In this document: positions 1-9,311 of the stretch, piece by piece
How the letters are laid out: every line of letters starts with the position of its first letter
How positions within the stretch are numbered: position 1 is the first letter of the stretch
NCBI GenBank assembly: GCA_965602015.1
Contig: OZ271918.1
Coordinates: 3,712,001 to 3,776,000 of the forward strand
DNA from: Salinispira sp.
GTDB lineage: Bacteria > Spirochaetota > Spirochaetia > DSM-27196 > Salinispiraceae
Direction of reading: 5' to 3'
DNA: 64,000 bases
Made by a program: the position numbers and the translations under genes
Notes under the pieces: model-generated
What the model was told of the DNA's origin: nothing
Database searches by the model: none
Seen by the model: only the letters and a program-made list of their open reading frames with translations

Positions 1-1
1 G

Positions 2-1594
2 GCCTACAAGCCGAGCAGCTCCCCCTACGCCTTTCACGGATTGGGCGAGCAAGGCCTGGCATGGTTGCGTGAAGCCGGCGAACGCTACGGAATGCCCCTG
101 GTCAGCGAAATTGTATCTCCGGATCAGCTCGAGCAAATGAAGTATTACGTGAACCTGCTCGAGATTGGCGCGCGGAATATGCAGAATTTCGAATTGCTGA
201 AGGCAGTAGGGTCTTCCTCTTTGCCGGTTATGCTCAAGAGAGGACCCGCAGCCCGAATCGAAGAGTGGCTGATGTCTGCCGAATACCTCATGGCTCACGG
301 AAACGAATCGGTCATTCTCTGCGAACCGGGCATCCGGAGCTTCGAAACCTATACCACCAACAGCCTTGACCTGTCCTCCATACCGGTAGTCAAAAAGCTC
401 AGCCATCTGCCGGTCATCGTGGATCCGAGCCAGGCGACGGGAATCAGGGAAAAGGTAATGCCCATGGCCATGGCTGCGGTGGCCGCCGGGGCCGACGGGC
501 TCAGCGTTGCGGTCCACCCCGACCCGGAGAGCGCCCGCAGCGACGGCGCTCAGAGCCTCTTTCCCCCGATGTTCGAAAGACTGGTGAGGGACGTCCAGGC
601 CCTCTGTCCGGTTCTCCACAAGGAGCTGTATCAGCTTCCCTACGGGTTCCCCGGTGCTGACGGAGGAGCAGCAGACCTGATTCGCGGCGAGGCCGGGAAG
701 ACGAGCACGGGGAATCTTCCGGTAGGCATCGAACAGGATCGGGATACACGCGTTTCCGTTGCCTTTCAGGGCGAAGCCGGAGCCTACAGCGAAATGGCGC
801 TCCAGCGCTACTTTGCCAGCGACGGAAGGACCGCCGAAGGCCTTCCCTGTCCTCAATTCAAGACGGTTTTCGACCGGGTGCTCAGCGCCGAGGCGGAATT
901 CGGCATACTGCCGATAGAGAACGCCCTTACCGGATCGATTCATGAAAACTACGACTTATTGATAGAATACCCGGATCTCCACATCTGCGGTGAAACCCGC
1001 ATACGCATCCAGCACAGCCTTATCGGCTTGCCTGACGCAGACCTCGACGATATCCGAATTGTGTTTTCCCATCCCCAGGGCCTTGCCCAATGCTCAAGAT
1101 TTCTCGACAGGCATCCGCAGATTGAGCGGAGACCCTATTACGACACTGCGGGATCGGTTGCCCATATCGCCAGGGAGGGCAACAAGGGGCTGGGAGCCAT
1201 AGCCAACAGCCTGGCCGCCGGGGTGTACGGCATGAAGACCATTAAGGAAGGAATCGAAACCAATCCGGTGAACTATACCCGCTTTGTCATAATCCGGCGC
1301 GGTCCGAGCGTCCCTGAGCTTTCCCGTGATTCAGGCCCGGCCGACAAGGCCTCTATGGTGTTCAGCACACAGGACAAACCCGGCGCCCTGCTCAAATGCA
1401 TGGAACATCTGAGCAGGAGGGAGTTGAATCTCCGGAAAATTGAGTCCCGGCCCATTCACGGTAAGCCTTGGGAATACATGTTCTATCTCGATGTGGACAT
1501 CCGCGGAAAAGTTCCGGATTTTTTTGAAGCCGTCACTGCCCTGGAGGAGTTCGCCATGGATATCAGGGTTCTCGGCCTCTATGCCAGCGGATAA
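2..1594 (+). CDS. pheA: Type I-beta DAHP-synthase-like domain fused to prephenate dehydratase + ACT domain; 5' end outside window; DAHP active site degenerate
   Basis: Frame open from base 2 (AYKPSSSPYAFHGLG). DAHPS motifs IGARNMQNF and LKRG. PDT motifs AFQGEAGAYSE, PIENALTGSI, SHPQGLAQC, NYTRF. ACT motifs DKPGAL and IESRP. Confidence 0.9.
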   Translation, partial: AYKPSSSPYAFHGLGEQGLAWLREAGERYGMPLVSEIVSPDQLEQMKYYVNLLEIGARNMQNFELLKAVGSSSLPVMLKRGPAARIEEWLMSAEYLMAHGNESVILCEPGIRSFETYTTNSLDLSSIPVVKKLSHLPVIVDPSQATGIREKVMPMAMAAVAAGADGLSVAVHPDPESARSDGAQSLFPPMFERLVRDVQALCPVLHKELYQLPYGFPGADGGAADLIRGEAGKTSTGNLPVGIEQDRDTRVSVAFQGEAGAYSEMALQRYFASDGRTAEGLPCPQFKTVFDRVLSAEAEFGILPIENALTGSIHENYDLLIEYPDLHICGETRIRIQHSLIGLPDADLDDIRIVFSHPQGLAQCSRFLDRHPQIERRPYYDTAGSVAHIAREGNKGLGAIANSLAAGVYGMKTIKEGIETNPVNYTRFVIIRRGPSVPELSRDSGPADKASMVFSTQDKPGALLKCMEHLSRRELNLRKIESRPIHGKPWEYMFYLDVDIRGKVPDFFEAVTALEEFAMDIRVLGLYASG

Positions 1595-1607
1595 AAGAAC
1601 CCGGCGT

Positions 1608-3008
1608 TTATTGAATACCGAGTTTTTTTAACTGATCCCGTTCTTCTTTTTTGGCGACATACTCGTGCTTTTTCTGACTTGCGTTATGAAGATTTCCCTT
1701 GACCGCCGCCACCTCGTTTTTTACTCCCCGGATTTTATCCCTCTCATAGCGGTTCACTTCGGTTTTGAAGAATGTGTCCAGGGCATCCATTGTCCGATTG
1801 ATGTCGGAGATATCACGGGATGATTTATCGAGAAAGGAGAACAGCTGGTCTTCCGATGCCCCCATGAGCTTCTGGTAGAGGGCCGAACCCTTGGTCAGTA
1901 TTCCGTTCAGGTTCTTCGTCTTTTTTATCGACGACGTCATAAATGATTCAAAATCAATGTTTTTGGTCACGTGCATGCTTGTTGCCGGATCGATGATTTC
2001 CAGTTCGTAGACGAGCCTCTCGGTTTTTCCCGAGGTCATCGAAACGATCCATTCCTTGAACTTTTCCATGAACGACTTCGGCCGGTTTTCGATAAGCGAC
2101 GAGTTGCTGCGAATTTTGTCAAGAGCCGTATCGATATGCCGGGTGGAGTTCGCAAGAATCCTCAGCGCGTCAACCAGCATGGGTCTGAGATCCGCATCGG
2201 CCTTTTTTAAGGCGTTGGCCTGTTTTTTTACCTGGAGGGACGAGAGCACCTTGTCCTGAAGCAGGGCGCCGTCGGAGGTGAAGCTTTCCTGATAAATCTC
2301 CTCAATAAGTTCGGGATAGAACGGAATCGGCAGGCGCCGACGCTGGAATTCCTTTTTGATCGATTTGGTAAAAATTTCATGGGGCACCGAATTGCCCATA
2401 TCGATCTGATCGAGTACCTGTTCCCGGACCTGAAGCTTGTACTCCTCCCGCTTGAACTGGGAAAGCTCCTTGAGGTTTTTTTCAAGGCGTTTCATGATCT
2501 CGCCGAGCTGATTAATGCTCGACTGAATGGCCCCGGCGGCCAGCTGATCGGAGCCCTTTTTCACCTTGTCTATTACCTCAGCAAGGGCCCTGGTGGTGTT
2601 TTTTGTCGAGTTGGTGGAAAAATCCGCAAAGCGGATAAAATTGAGGGTGGCGTGCAGCTTTTTTATCTGTTTGAGATCCATGGAATCAACGCTGAACGAG
2701 CTGTAATGGTTGATGTAATCCAGCAGCGAGGTGAACTCCGAGAGGCGGACGCTGAGTTCGTCCTCCTTGTATGATTCCCCTAACGGCGCATCCTTGGGCG
2801 GGACGATTTCAGCTATCTGATGGTCTTTTTTGTAGGGATCCTCACGGAACAGTCCCTTTTTTATCAGCAGCGAATACACGGACTCGAGATTAGTCTGATA
2901 CGAACGCCAGTTCTCCTTCATCTCCGCGGTAGCGGTGGAGCTGAGCTGTTGGGCTTTGGCGGCGATGAGGCTGCGCAGTTGAAGAGTGAAATTCTCGGGC
3001 TCGGACAT
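1608..3008 (-). CDS. Hypothetical helical/coiled-coil protein
   Basis: Long Lys/Glu-rich ORF. ATG at 3008 chosen because TATACT lies 6 nt upstream; the ORF track extends to 3080. Confidence 0.75.
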   Translation of the reverse strand: MSEPENFTLQLRSLIAAKAQQLSSTATAEMKENWRSYQTNLESVYSLLIKKGLFREDPYKKDHQIAEIVPPKDAPLGESYKEDELSVRLSEFTSLLDYINHYSSFSVDSMDLKQIKKLHATLNFIRFADFSTNSTKNTTRALAEVIDKVKKGSDQLAAGAIQSSINQLGEIMKRLEKNLKELSQFKREEYKLQVREQVLDQIDMGNSVPHEIFTKSIKKEFQRRRLPIPFYPELIEEIYQESFTSDGALLQDKVLSSLQVKKQANALKKADADLRPMLVDALRILANSTRHIDTALDKIRSNSSLIENRPKSFMEKFKEWIVSMTSGKTERLVYELEIIDPATSMHVTKNIDFESFMTSSIKKTKNLNGILTKGSALYQKLMGASEDQLFSFLDKSSRDISDINRTMDALDTFFKTEVNRYERDKIRGVKNEVAAVKGNLHNASQKKHEYVAKKEERDQLKKLGIQ

Positions 3009-3080
3009 GATTATAGTATAATCAAATTTTCCGGTATTGAAAGACCGCGTCCTGCCCATGAGATTTCCCGGATTCCCCAC

Positions 3081-3106
3081 AAAAAACGCCGCCTCAAGGG
3101 GCGGCG
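3081..3106 (-). terminator. Intrinsic terminator downstream of leuS
   Basis: Minus strand CGCCGCCCCTTGAGGCGGCG hairpin followed by TTTTTT. Confidence 0.7.
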
Positions 3107-3173
3107 CAGTTTACTGTGACGTTGATATTACAGGCGGAGCTTCTGCAGGATTGGCTTCTTCTTTTAGCAAGCC

Positions 3174-5744
3174 TTATTGGGCGACGATATTCACCAGCTT
3201 GTTGGGCACCGCAATAACTTTGCGGATGGTCTTTCCCTCGGTCAGTTCCCGTATGCGCTCGTTCTCCAGGGCGAGTTTCTCCAGCTCATCCTTCGGCGTG
3301 TCGGCAGGTACCGTCAGTTTGGCCCGGACCTTGCCGTTGACCTGGAGAACCAGCTCGATTTCATCGTCTTTGGTCAGCGCCTCATCGTATTCCGGCCAGC
3401 TCTCGAGAGCCGTGCTGCCGGTGCCGCCGGCCATTTCCCACAGTTCCTCGCTGAGGTGAGGCGCGTAGGGGCTCAACAGCAGGATAAACCGCTTCCATAT
3501 GTCAATATTGATGGTTTCTGCCTTGAAGGCCTCGTTGATAAAAATCATCATCTGGCTGATTGCCGTGTTGAAGTCCAGATTTTGTGTGTCCTGGCCGACT
3601 TTTTTGATGGTTTTGTGGAGGATTTTTACCAGATCCGCATTCGGTTCAGCGCTATCCATGGGTTTGTGGGCGGTTCTCCAGACCTTGTCGAGAAAACGGT
3701 GTATGCCGATGAGGCCCTGGGTCGACCAGGGTTTTGACTGCTCCAACGGTCCCATAAACATTTCGTAGAGGCGCATGGAGTCGGCGCCGAACTCCCGAAT
3801 GATGTCGTCGGGGTTCACCACGTTTTTAAGGCTCTTGGACATTTTGGCGATGACCTGCGTCACCGGCTTTCCGGTTGCTTTTTCAATGTATTTTCCCTGG
3901 GATACTTCTTCCACCTCATCAGTGGGTACCAGGGTGGAATCATCCCGCTGGTATGCATGAGAGGTAATCATTCCCTGATTCACCAGCCGGGAAAAGGGCT
4001 CCTTTGTATTGACCACTCCGATATCGTAGAGGACCTTGTGCCAAAATCGGGCGTACAGCAGATGCAAGACCGCGTGTTCGGTTCCTCCGACATAGAGATC
4101 CACCGGCATCCAGTAGCGGATTTTTTCCGGGTCGGCCAGGGCTGCGCTATTGCGGGGGTCGATGTAGCGCAGGTAGTACCAGCAGCTGCCGGCCCATTGG
4201 GGCATGGTATTGGTTTCCCGTACACCTTTCTCACCGGGTCTTCCGGGCACCTCGGCTTCAACCCAGCTACGCACATTCACCAGAGGGCTTTCGCCGGTTC
4301 CCGAGGGTTTGTAGCTTTCGACCTCAGGCAGGGTGAGGGGCAGTTCGGTTTCGGGAATGGGTATGAACTCGCCCTCGGCGTCCTGTACCAGGGGAATGGG
4401 CTCACCCCAATAGCGCTGACGGCTGAAAATCCAGTCTCTGAGCTTGTAATTTACCGCACGCTCGCCCCGGCCCTGTTTCTCGAGCCAATCGATAATGGTC
4501 GATTTGGCCTCGTCGGTCGGAAGACCGGTAATAAGCCCCGAGTTCACTGAAATGCCTTTTTCGGTGAAAACCTCGCTCATGTTCGGGTGAAAGTTGCTTA
4601 ATTCTACGGAGCTGGTGTCGCTGATATCCGCGGGATCCGCGACAACCCTGATAATCGGAAGCTGGTATTTTGTCGCGAATTCCCAGTCTCTCTCATCGTG
4701 TCCCGGCACGGCCATAATGGCGCCGGTGCCGTAACTTATGAGGATGTAGTCGGAAATCCAAATGGGTATTTTCTGATCATTCACCGGATTGACCGCATAT
4801 GCGCCGGTGAACACCCCGGTTTTGTCTTTGGCGAGATCGGTGCGCTCCAGGTCGCTTTTGAGGGATGATTTGCGGATGTACTCTTCAACGGCGCTGCGCT
4901 GATCATCGGTGGTGATTTCGTGAACCAGCGAGTGCTCGGGAGCCATCACCATGTAGGTGGCACCGAAGAGGGTATCCGGCCGGGTGGTGTACACCTCAAG
5001 GATGTCATCCCGCCCGTCCAGGGAAAATTTGACGTTTGCCCCTTCACTGCGGCCGATCCAGTTGCGCTGCATGGCCTTGAGGGATTCGGTCCAGTCGAGG
5101 TCTTCCAGGTCTGCCAAAAGCCGCTCGGCGTACTCGGTTATTTTGAGCATCCATTGGCGCAGCGGGCGCCGCTCAACGGGGTGCATCCCCCGCTCGGAGC
5201 GGGGACCGTCGGGGGTGGTTATTACCTCTTCGTTGGCGAGAACCGTGCCGAGCTTTTCGCAATACCACATGGGTATTTCATCGACGTAGGCCAGACCACG
5301 CTCGTACAGTTTGAGAAAAATCCATTGAGTCCACTTGTAATATTCTTCCGTGTGGGTGGCGATTTCCCGGTCCCAATCGTAGCTGAAGCCCAGTTGCTTG
5401 AGCTGACGGCGGAAGGTGTTGATGTTGTTTTCCGTTGAGGTTCGCGGGTGGGTTCCGGTTTGTATGGCGTAGGTCTCCGCCGCCAGACCAAAGCTGTCGA
5501 AACCCATGGGGTGGAGAACATTGTGACCCGTCATGCGCAGGTAGCGGCAGAAAATATCCGTCGCCACATATCCTTCGGGATGTCCGACGTGAAGTCCGCT
5601 TCCCGAAGGATAGGGGAACATGTCCAGAACGTATTTGCGTTTTTCCGGCGGAAAATTCGGGTCTTCGCTGACCGCGAAGGTTTTATGATCTTCCCAGTAC
5701 TTCTGCCATTTTTTTTCAATTTCCGCGAAGGGGTACTTTTTCAC
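3174..5744 (-). CDS. leuS: Leucine--tRNA ligase
   Basis: [14 protein letters not shown] (HIGH-like), [21 protein letters not shown]-terminal [11 protein letters not shown] start with GAGGA SD. Confidence 0.98.
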   Translation of the reverse strand: MKKYPFAEIEKKWQKYWEDHKTFAVSEDPNFPPEKRKYVLDMFPYPSGSGLHVGHPEGYVATDIFCRYLRMTGHNVLHPMGFDSFGLAAETYAIQTGTHPRTSTENNINTFRRQLKQLGFSYDWDREIATHTEEYYKWTQWIFLKLYERGLAYVDEIPMWYCEKLGTVLANEEVITTPDGPRSERGMHPVERRPLRQWMLKITEYAERLLADLEDLDWTESLKAMQRNWIGRSEGANVKFSLDGRDDILEVYTTRPDTLFGATYMVMAPEHSLVHEITTDDQRSAVEEYIRKSSLKSDLERTDLAKDKTGVFTGAYAVNPVNDQKIPIWISDYILISYGTGAIMAVPGHDERDWEFATKYQLPIIRVVADPADISDTSSVELSNFHPNMSEVFTEKGISVNSGLITGLPTDEAKSTIIDWLEKQGRGERAVNYKLRDWIFSRQRYWGEPIPLVQDAEGEFIPIPETELPLTLPEVESYKPSGTGESPLVNVRSWVEAEVPGRPGEKGVRETNTMPQWAGSCWYYLRYIDPRNSAALADPEKIRYWMPVDLYVGGTEHAVLHLLYARFWHKVLYDIGVVNTKEPFSRLVNQGMITSHAYQRDDSTLVPTDEVEEVSQGKYIEKATGKPVTQVIAKMSKSLKNVVNPDDIIREFGADSMRLYEMFMGPLEQSKPWSTQGLIGIHRFLDKVWRTAHKPMDSAEPNADLVKILHKTIKKVGQDTQNLDFNTAISQMMIFINEAFKAETINIDIWKRFILLLSPYAPHLSEELWEMAGGTGSTALESWPEYDEALTKDDEIELVLQVNGKVRAKLTVPADTPKDELEKLALENERIRELTEGKTIRKVIAVPNKLVNIVAQ

Positions 5745-5836
5745 CGCTGATTCCTCGTACGGACCGCCGTCGGGACCGCGGTGCCGAATATCAATTAGAC
5801 GAAATATAATGAGCGGCTATAGTAGCGCAAGAGTTT

Positions 5837-6004
5837 AAAAAATAAAACCCCCGGGTAAGGAGGTGAAACCCGGGGGCGCACTGTCGTTCCGGGGCCAGGC
5901 GCCTAAGATCGCCGAAATTGCGGATGACAGAAAGAAGCATGTGATGTCAGCAAATGCCGTTTGCTCGTTGATGACATTTTTACATGGCCGCCCTATCAGG
6001 GCGG
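5837..6004 (-). ncRNA. Candidate ~165-nt structured small RNA ending in a terminator whose loop is anti-SD (UUCACCUCCUU)
   Basis: Minus-strand TTGACT(6034-6039)-17 nt-TAGGTT(6011-6016) promoter. Four consecutive stems. Terminator stem 5848-5856/5868-5876 plus U tract. No convincing ORF. Confidence 0.55.
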
Positions 6005-6096
6005 AGCAGTAACCTAAACCATCGGCGAATAATAGTCAACATGCTTGGCGAGTAAATTTCTATGTTGTGATGATTTATTTCGGCTTCTTCCCCAGA

Positions 6097-7368
6097 CTAG
6101 CGGGAGCCATTCTCCGCCTCCGGGTGGTAGGCTGCGGGCCGGTATTTCATGAGCTGAACTGCCTTGCTGCCCATTGCCTGTATGATGAAGGTGCCTATTC
6201 GCGTCTCGATTTTTTGGCCCTTCACCGGAAGCCCGGTAAGCTGTTCGAGCACGTAGCCTCCGACGGTTTCGGAGTTCCTGTCGTGTTCGATTTCCGTACC
6301 CAGCACGTCTTCGAGAATGTAAATCGGCGTATCGCCCTGGATGCTGTACCAGCCTTCCTGGCTGTTTTTGAATATCTTTGCGCCGTCGGGTTCTTCATCT
6401 TCATCGTAAATTTCTCCGATGATTTCCTCCACCAGATCTTCCATGGTTACGATGCCCGCCAGGCCTCCGTACTCGTCGAGGATAATTGCCAGGTTGAGCC
6501 GTTCCTCCTTGAGTCGGCGAAAGACCCGGTAGACCTTCCAGGTTTCCGGGAAATATACCGGCGGGAGCATGACGTCCGCCAGGCAGCCCTCGGTTTCGCC
6601 CCGGGCGGCCATGCGGGTCAGATCCTTTTCGAGAACCACACCGACGATATTTTCCGGATCATCCTGGTACACCGGAACCCTCGAGTGCCCCTGGTCCGCA
6701 ATAAGCGGCAGGGCTTCGTCGATCTGGGTTTTCTGTTCGAGGCTAAAAACGTCCTTCCGGTGGGTCATGATTGCGTGGACCGTCACATCACTGAAGCGGA
6801 ATACCGATTTAACCATGCGGGATTTGTAGTTCTCCAGAATGCCTATGTTCTCGGCGTGTTTTACCATGTGGAGGATTCCGTCCAGGGTGAAATAGTCCCG
6901 GGCCTTGGAGCGTCCGAAGCGGCTGATAAGCCGGGAGAAGGCATTGATGAACACGATGACCGGAAAAAACAGGAAGGACAGGCTCTTGATAATGCCTGCG
7001 GTCTGCAGGCAAATCCACTCGTTGTTGCGGATTGCGAACTGCTTGGGGAGCACTTCGCCGAATATCAGAATAGCCATGGTGAGGACGCCGGTGACAATGG
7101 CAAGGGGTATGTTGCCGAAGAGTCTGATGGATAGTTCCGACGTAATAACCGATATTGCCACGTTTACCAGGTTGTTTCCGATCAGAATGGTGGTCAGCAG
7201 CTTGTCGGGGTGCTTGTGCAGGTTCTCTACTATTTTGCCTCGGCGGGGATAGTGAACCTTGGTATGTTCTATCTGCATTAATGAGAGACTGGTAAATGCG
7301 GTTTCGCTTGAACTGAAAAAAGCGGAGAGAAAAAGCAGGAAAATCAGACCGGCCAGGCTGGCGATCAT
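6097..7368 (-). CDS. HlyC/CorC (CNNM/DUF21-CBS-CBS-CorC) family membrane protein
   Basis: FFSSSETAFTS, LIGNNLVN, FGEVLPK, HSRVPVY, DEYGGLAGIVTMEDLVEEIIGEI. Confidence 0.93.
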   Translation of the reverse strand: MIASLAGLIFLLFLSAFFSSSETAFTSLSLMQIEHTKVHYPRRGKIVENLHKHPDKLLTTILIGNNLVNVAISVITSELSIRLFGNIPLAIVTGVLTMAILIFGEVLPKQFAIRNNEWICLQTAGIIKSLSFLFFPVIVFINAFSRLISRFGRSKARDYFTLDGILHMVKHAENIGILENYKSRMVKSVFRFSDVTVHAIMTHRKDVFSLEQKTQIDEALPLIADQGHSRVPVYQDDPENIVGVVLEKDLTRMAARGETEGCLADVMLPPVYFPETWKVYRVFRRLKEERLNLAIILDEYGGLAGIVTMEDLVEEIIGEIYDEDEEPDGAKIFKNSQEGWYSIQGDTPIYILEDVLGTEIEHDRNSETVGGYVLEQLTGLPVKGQKIETRIGTFIIQAMGSKAVQLMKYRPAAYHPEAENGSR

Positions 7369-7452
7369 GCGCCGGCCTCCGGTCCGCGGACCAGGGCCGA
7401 GCCCTGTGGAAATACAGGATGCTCGGAGACCCCGGGACCGGATTGTTGTTCG

Positions 7453-7815
7453 CTATTCAACGTCGAGAACGTCCTTCATGGCCTTCAGCAGGGTTTCCTT
7501 GGGCAGGGCCCCGGCGGCCATTTGAGGTTTGTCACCGGTGGGAATAAAGAGGAGTGAAGGGATGCTCTGAATGCCGAAGGCAGCGGACAGCTCCTGTTCC
7601 TCATCGGTGTTGACCTTGTAGATATACATTTTGCCGTCAAACTCTTCCGAGAGTTCGTCGAGCACCGGCGCCACCATCTTGCAGGGACCGCACCAGTCGG
7701 CCCAGAAATCGATGATGGCGGGCTTGTCGCCTTCGTATTTCCACTCTTTATTTTCTTCGTAGTTGAAGACTTTCTCAAGGAAGCTTTCCTTGGTCAGATT
7801 AATTGTTTTGCTCAT
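7453..7815 (-). CDS. trxA: Thioredoxin
   Basis: DFWADWCGPCK and IQSIPSL; start MSKTINL with upstream AAGGA. Confidence 0.95.
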   Translation of the reverse strand: MSKTINLTKESFLEKVFNYEENKEWKYEGDKPAIIDFWADWCGPCKMVAPVLDELSEEFDGKMYIYKVNTDEEQELSAAFGIQSIPSLLFIPTGDKPQMAAGALPKETLLKAMKDVLDVE

Positions 7816-7890
7816 GTTACACATCCTTATATATTGATAATCATATATATAACGGTTTTTACATCAAAAGTAAAGCGATACCACAGGTGT

Positions 7891-8652
7891 TCACTGCATA
7901 CTATCGAATTCCACGGGAATATTCACCGCCTGAGACAGAAAAGTTGAGAAAAATGCCGAAAGGGAACGTCGGGCCTCTTCCCGGGCTTCGCGTATTTCCG
8001 GAACGCCCTCGACGTAGTCCCGTACGAAACCGGCAATGCGCCTCCAGTTTGCCTGATCCAGTGCGAGATCCGGGTAGGGGTAATTGCTGCTGTCCGGGTC
8101 TTCTATGCGAATATTCAGGATTTGAGCCGGCGGCAGTTCGACCCGCAGGCCTTCCCCGTTACCGTCCTGGCTGGTAATACGGATATCGTCAGCCAGTTGC
8201 GCCACGTCGTAGCCCAGTTCCACATGTGCGCTGATGACCAGGAAGTCGAAGGATCCGCTGAGGGGCTGGAGCCCAGCGTCCCTCGCGAGAAAATATGCCC
8301 GGTAGTGGCGGTACTCCTCGGGGCTCAGGGCTTCCTGAACGGTGGACCCGCCGCTGCGGCTGCGCAGCAGCAGCTCTTCGAGACTCAGGTCCCTGACAAA
8401 AAAATCCTGGGGGAACACCAGCTTGTAGATAAACTCCACGGTTTGCAGCTCACTGAGGTCGCGCATTTCTTCCAGCACCGCCTGGTGGGAAGCGTTGATT
8501 TCACTGCTGGTAAGCCTAAGTGACAAAAGGTCGATGTACGGTCCCCCGAAAATCGGCGTAAAAAGCACCGCGGCGGCGGAGGCCAGGATCAGAATGAGCA
8601 CCAGGATGAGTAGTATCCGGTTGGCCAGAGGATGGCGTTTGGGCCTGCTCAT
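7891..8652 (-). CDS. DUF4230-like membrane-anchored protein
   Basis: N-terminal TM helix, LSELQTVEF, GYD and LRVELPPAQI motifs; ATGA overlap with upstream paralogue. Confidence 0.6.
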   Translation of the reverse strand: MSRPKRHPLANRILLILVLILILASAAAVLFTPIFGGPYIDLLSLRLTSSEINASHQAVLEEMRDLSELQTVEFIYKLVFPQDFFVRDLSLEELLLRSRSGGSTVQEALSPEEYRHYRAYFLARDAGLQPLSGSFDFLVISAHVELGYDVAQLADDIRITSQDGNGEGLRVELPPAQILNIRIEDPDSSNYPYPDLALDQANWRRIAGFVRDYVEGVPEIREAREEARRSLSAFFSTFLSQAVNIPVEFDSMQ

Positions 8653-9257
8653 GATTCGCCTCCGTCCCTCGGAGCGGTCCGCCGTATCTCCACATCCATG
8701 GGGTAGTCCTCCAGCAGCTCCCGTATAATCCGTTCGGCCTGACGGTCCGCCCTGGACAGTATGCCTCGTGCGACGGCGTCCTCCACAATGTCGTTTTTGG
8801 CGTTGGCGATAACATCCTGAACTTCAATAAAGCTTATCTCCCGGCCGCTTTGCCTCAGGAAGTATTGGAAAATGGTGTCTTCCATGGCGTCTGAATACAG
8901 CACTTCGGCGGGGGGAAGGGTAATTCGGAGGGTCCTGGGGCCCGTGGTCTCGACGGCGAATCCCCGTTGAAGATTGACTCCGGCCCGCACTGCAATGTTT
9001 ACGGAAAACAGTATTTCCCTGCTCCCCGCCGGAATAAAACCCAGGAACTGACTCTGTTCTCCGAAGTAAATAACATCCCGGTATATGTACTCGGCGGTAT
9101 GAAGGGTGAGTACCGAGGTGATGCGCTGTTCCACGCCCCCTCTGATGGCTTCGATTCGCGCGGCCCCTCGGCAGCCTGCGCTAATAAGCGACGCGATGAC
9201 AAGAAACAGTCCACAGAGTACAATTGATGCAGATGTCGCCGGCGATTTGATCTTCAT
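8649..9257 (-). CDS. DUF4230-like protein, possible lipoprotein
   Basis: ISAGC lipobox-like signal, VRAGVNL, LRITLPPAEV, GILSRA. Confidence 0.7.
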   Translation of the reverse strand: MKIKSPATSASIVLCGLFLVIASLISAGCRGAARIEAIRGGVEQRITSVLTLHTAEYIYRDVIYFGEQSQFLGFIPAGSREILFSVNIAVRAGVNLQRGFAVETTGPRTLRITLPPAEVLYSDAMEDTIFQYFLRQSGREISFIEVQDVIANAKNDIVEDAVARGILSRADRQAERIIRELLEDYPMDVEIRRTAPRDGGES

Positions 9258-9311
9258 GCTCGTCTTCCGAGTATAGCATACCGGCACGGGGGTTGCCATG
9301 CGGCCCCGGGG

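Noticed and set aside
5848..5876. 16S rRNA 3'-end fragment
   Set aside because: Only the anti-SD nucleotides match; the flanks show no rRNA similarity.
5745..6040. T-box riboswitch upstream of leuS
   Set aside because: No complete GGTGGNACCGCG T-box before the terminator; the partial GGCACCGCG lies downstream of it.
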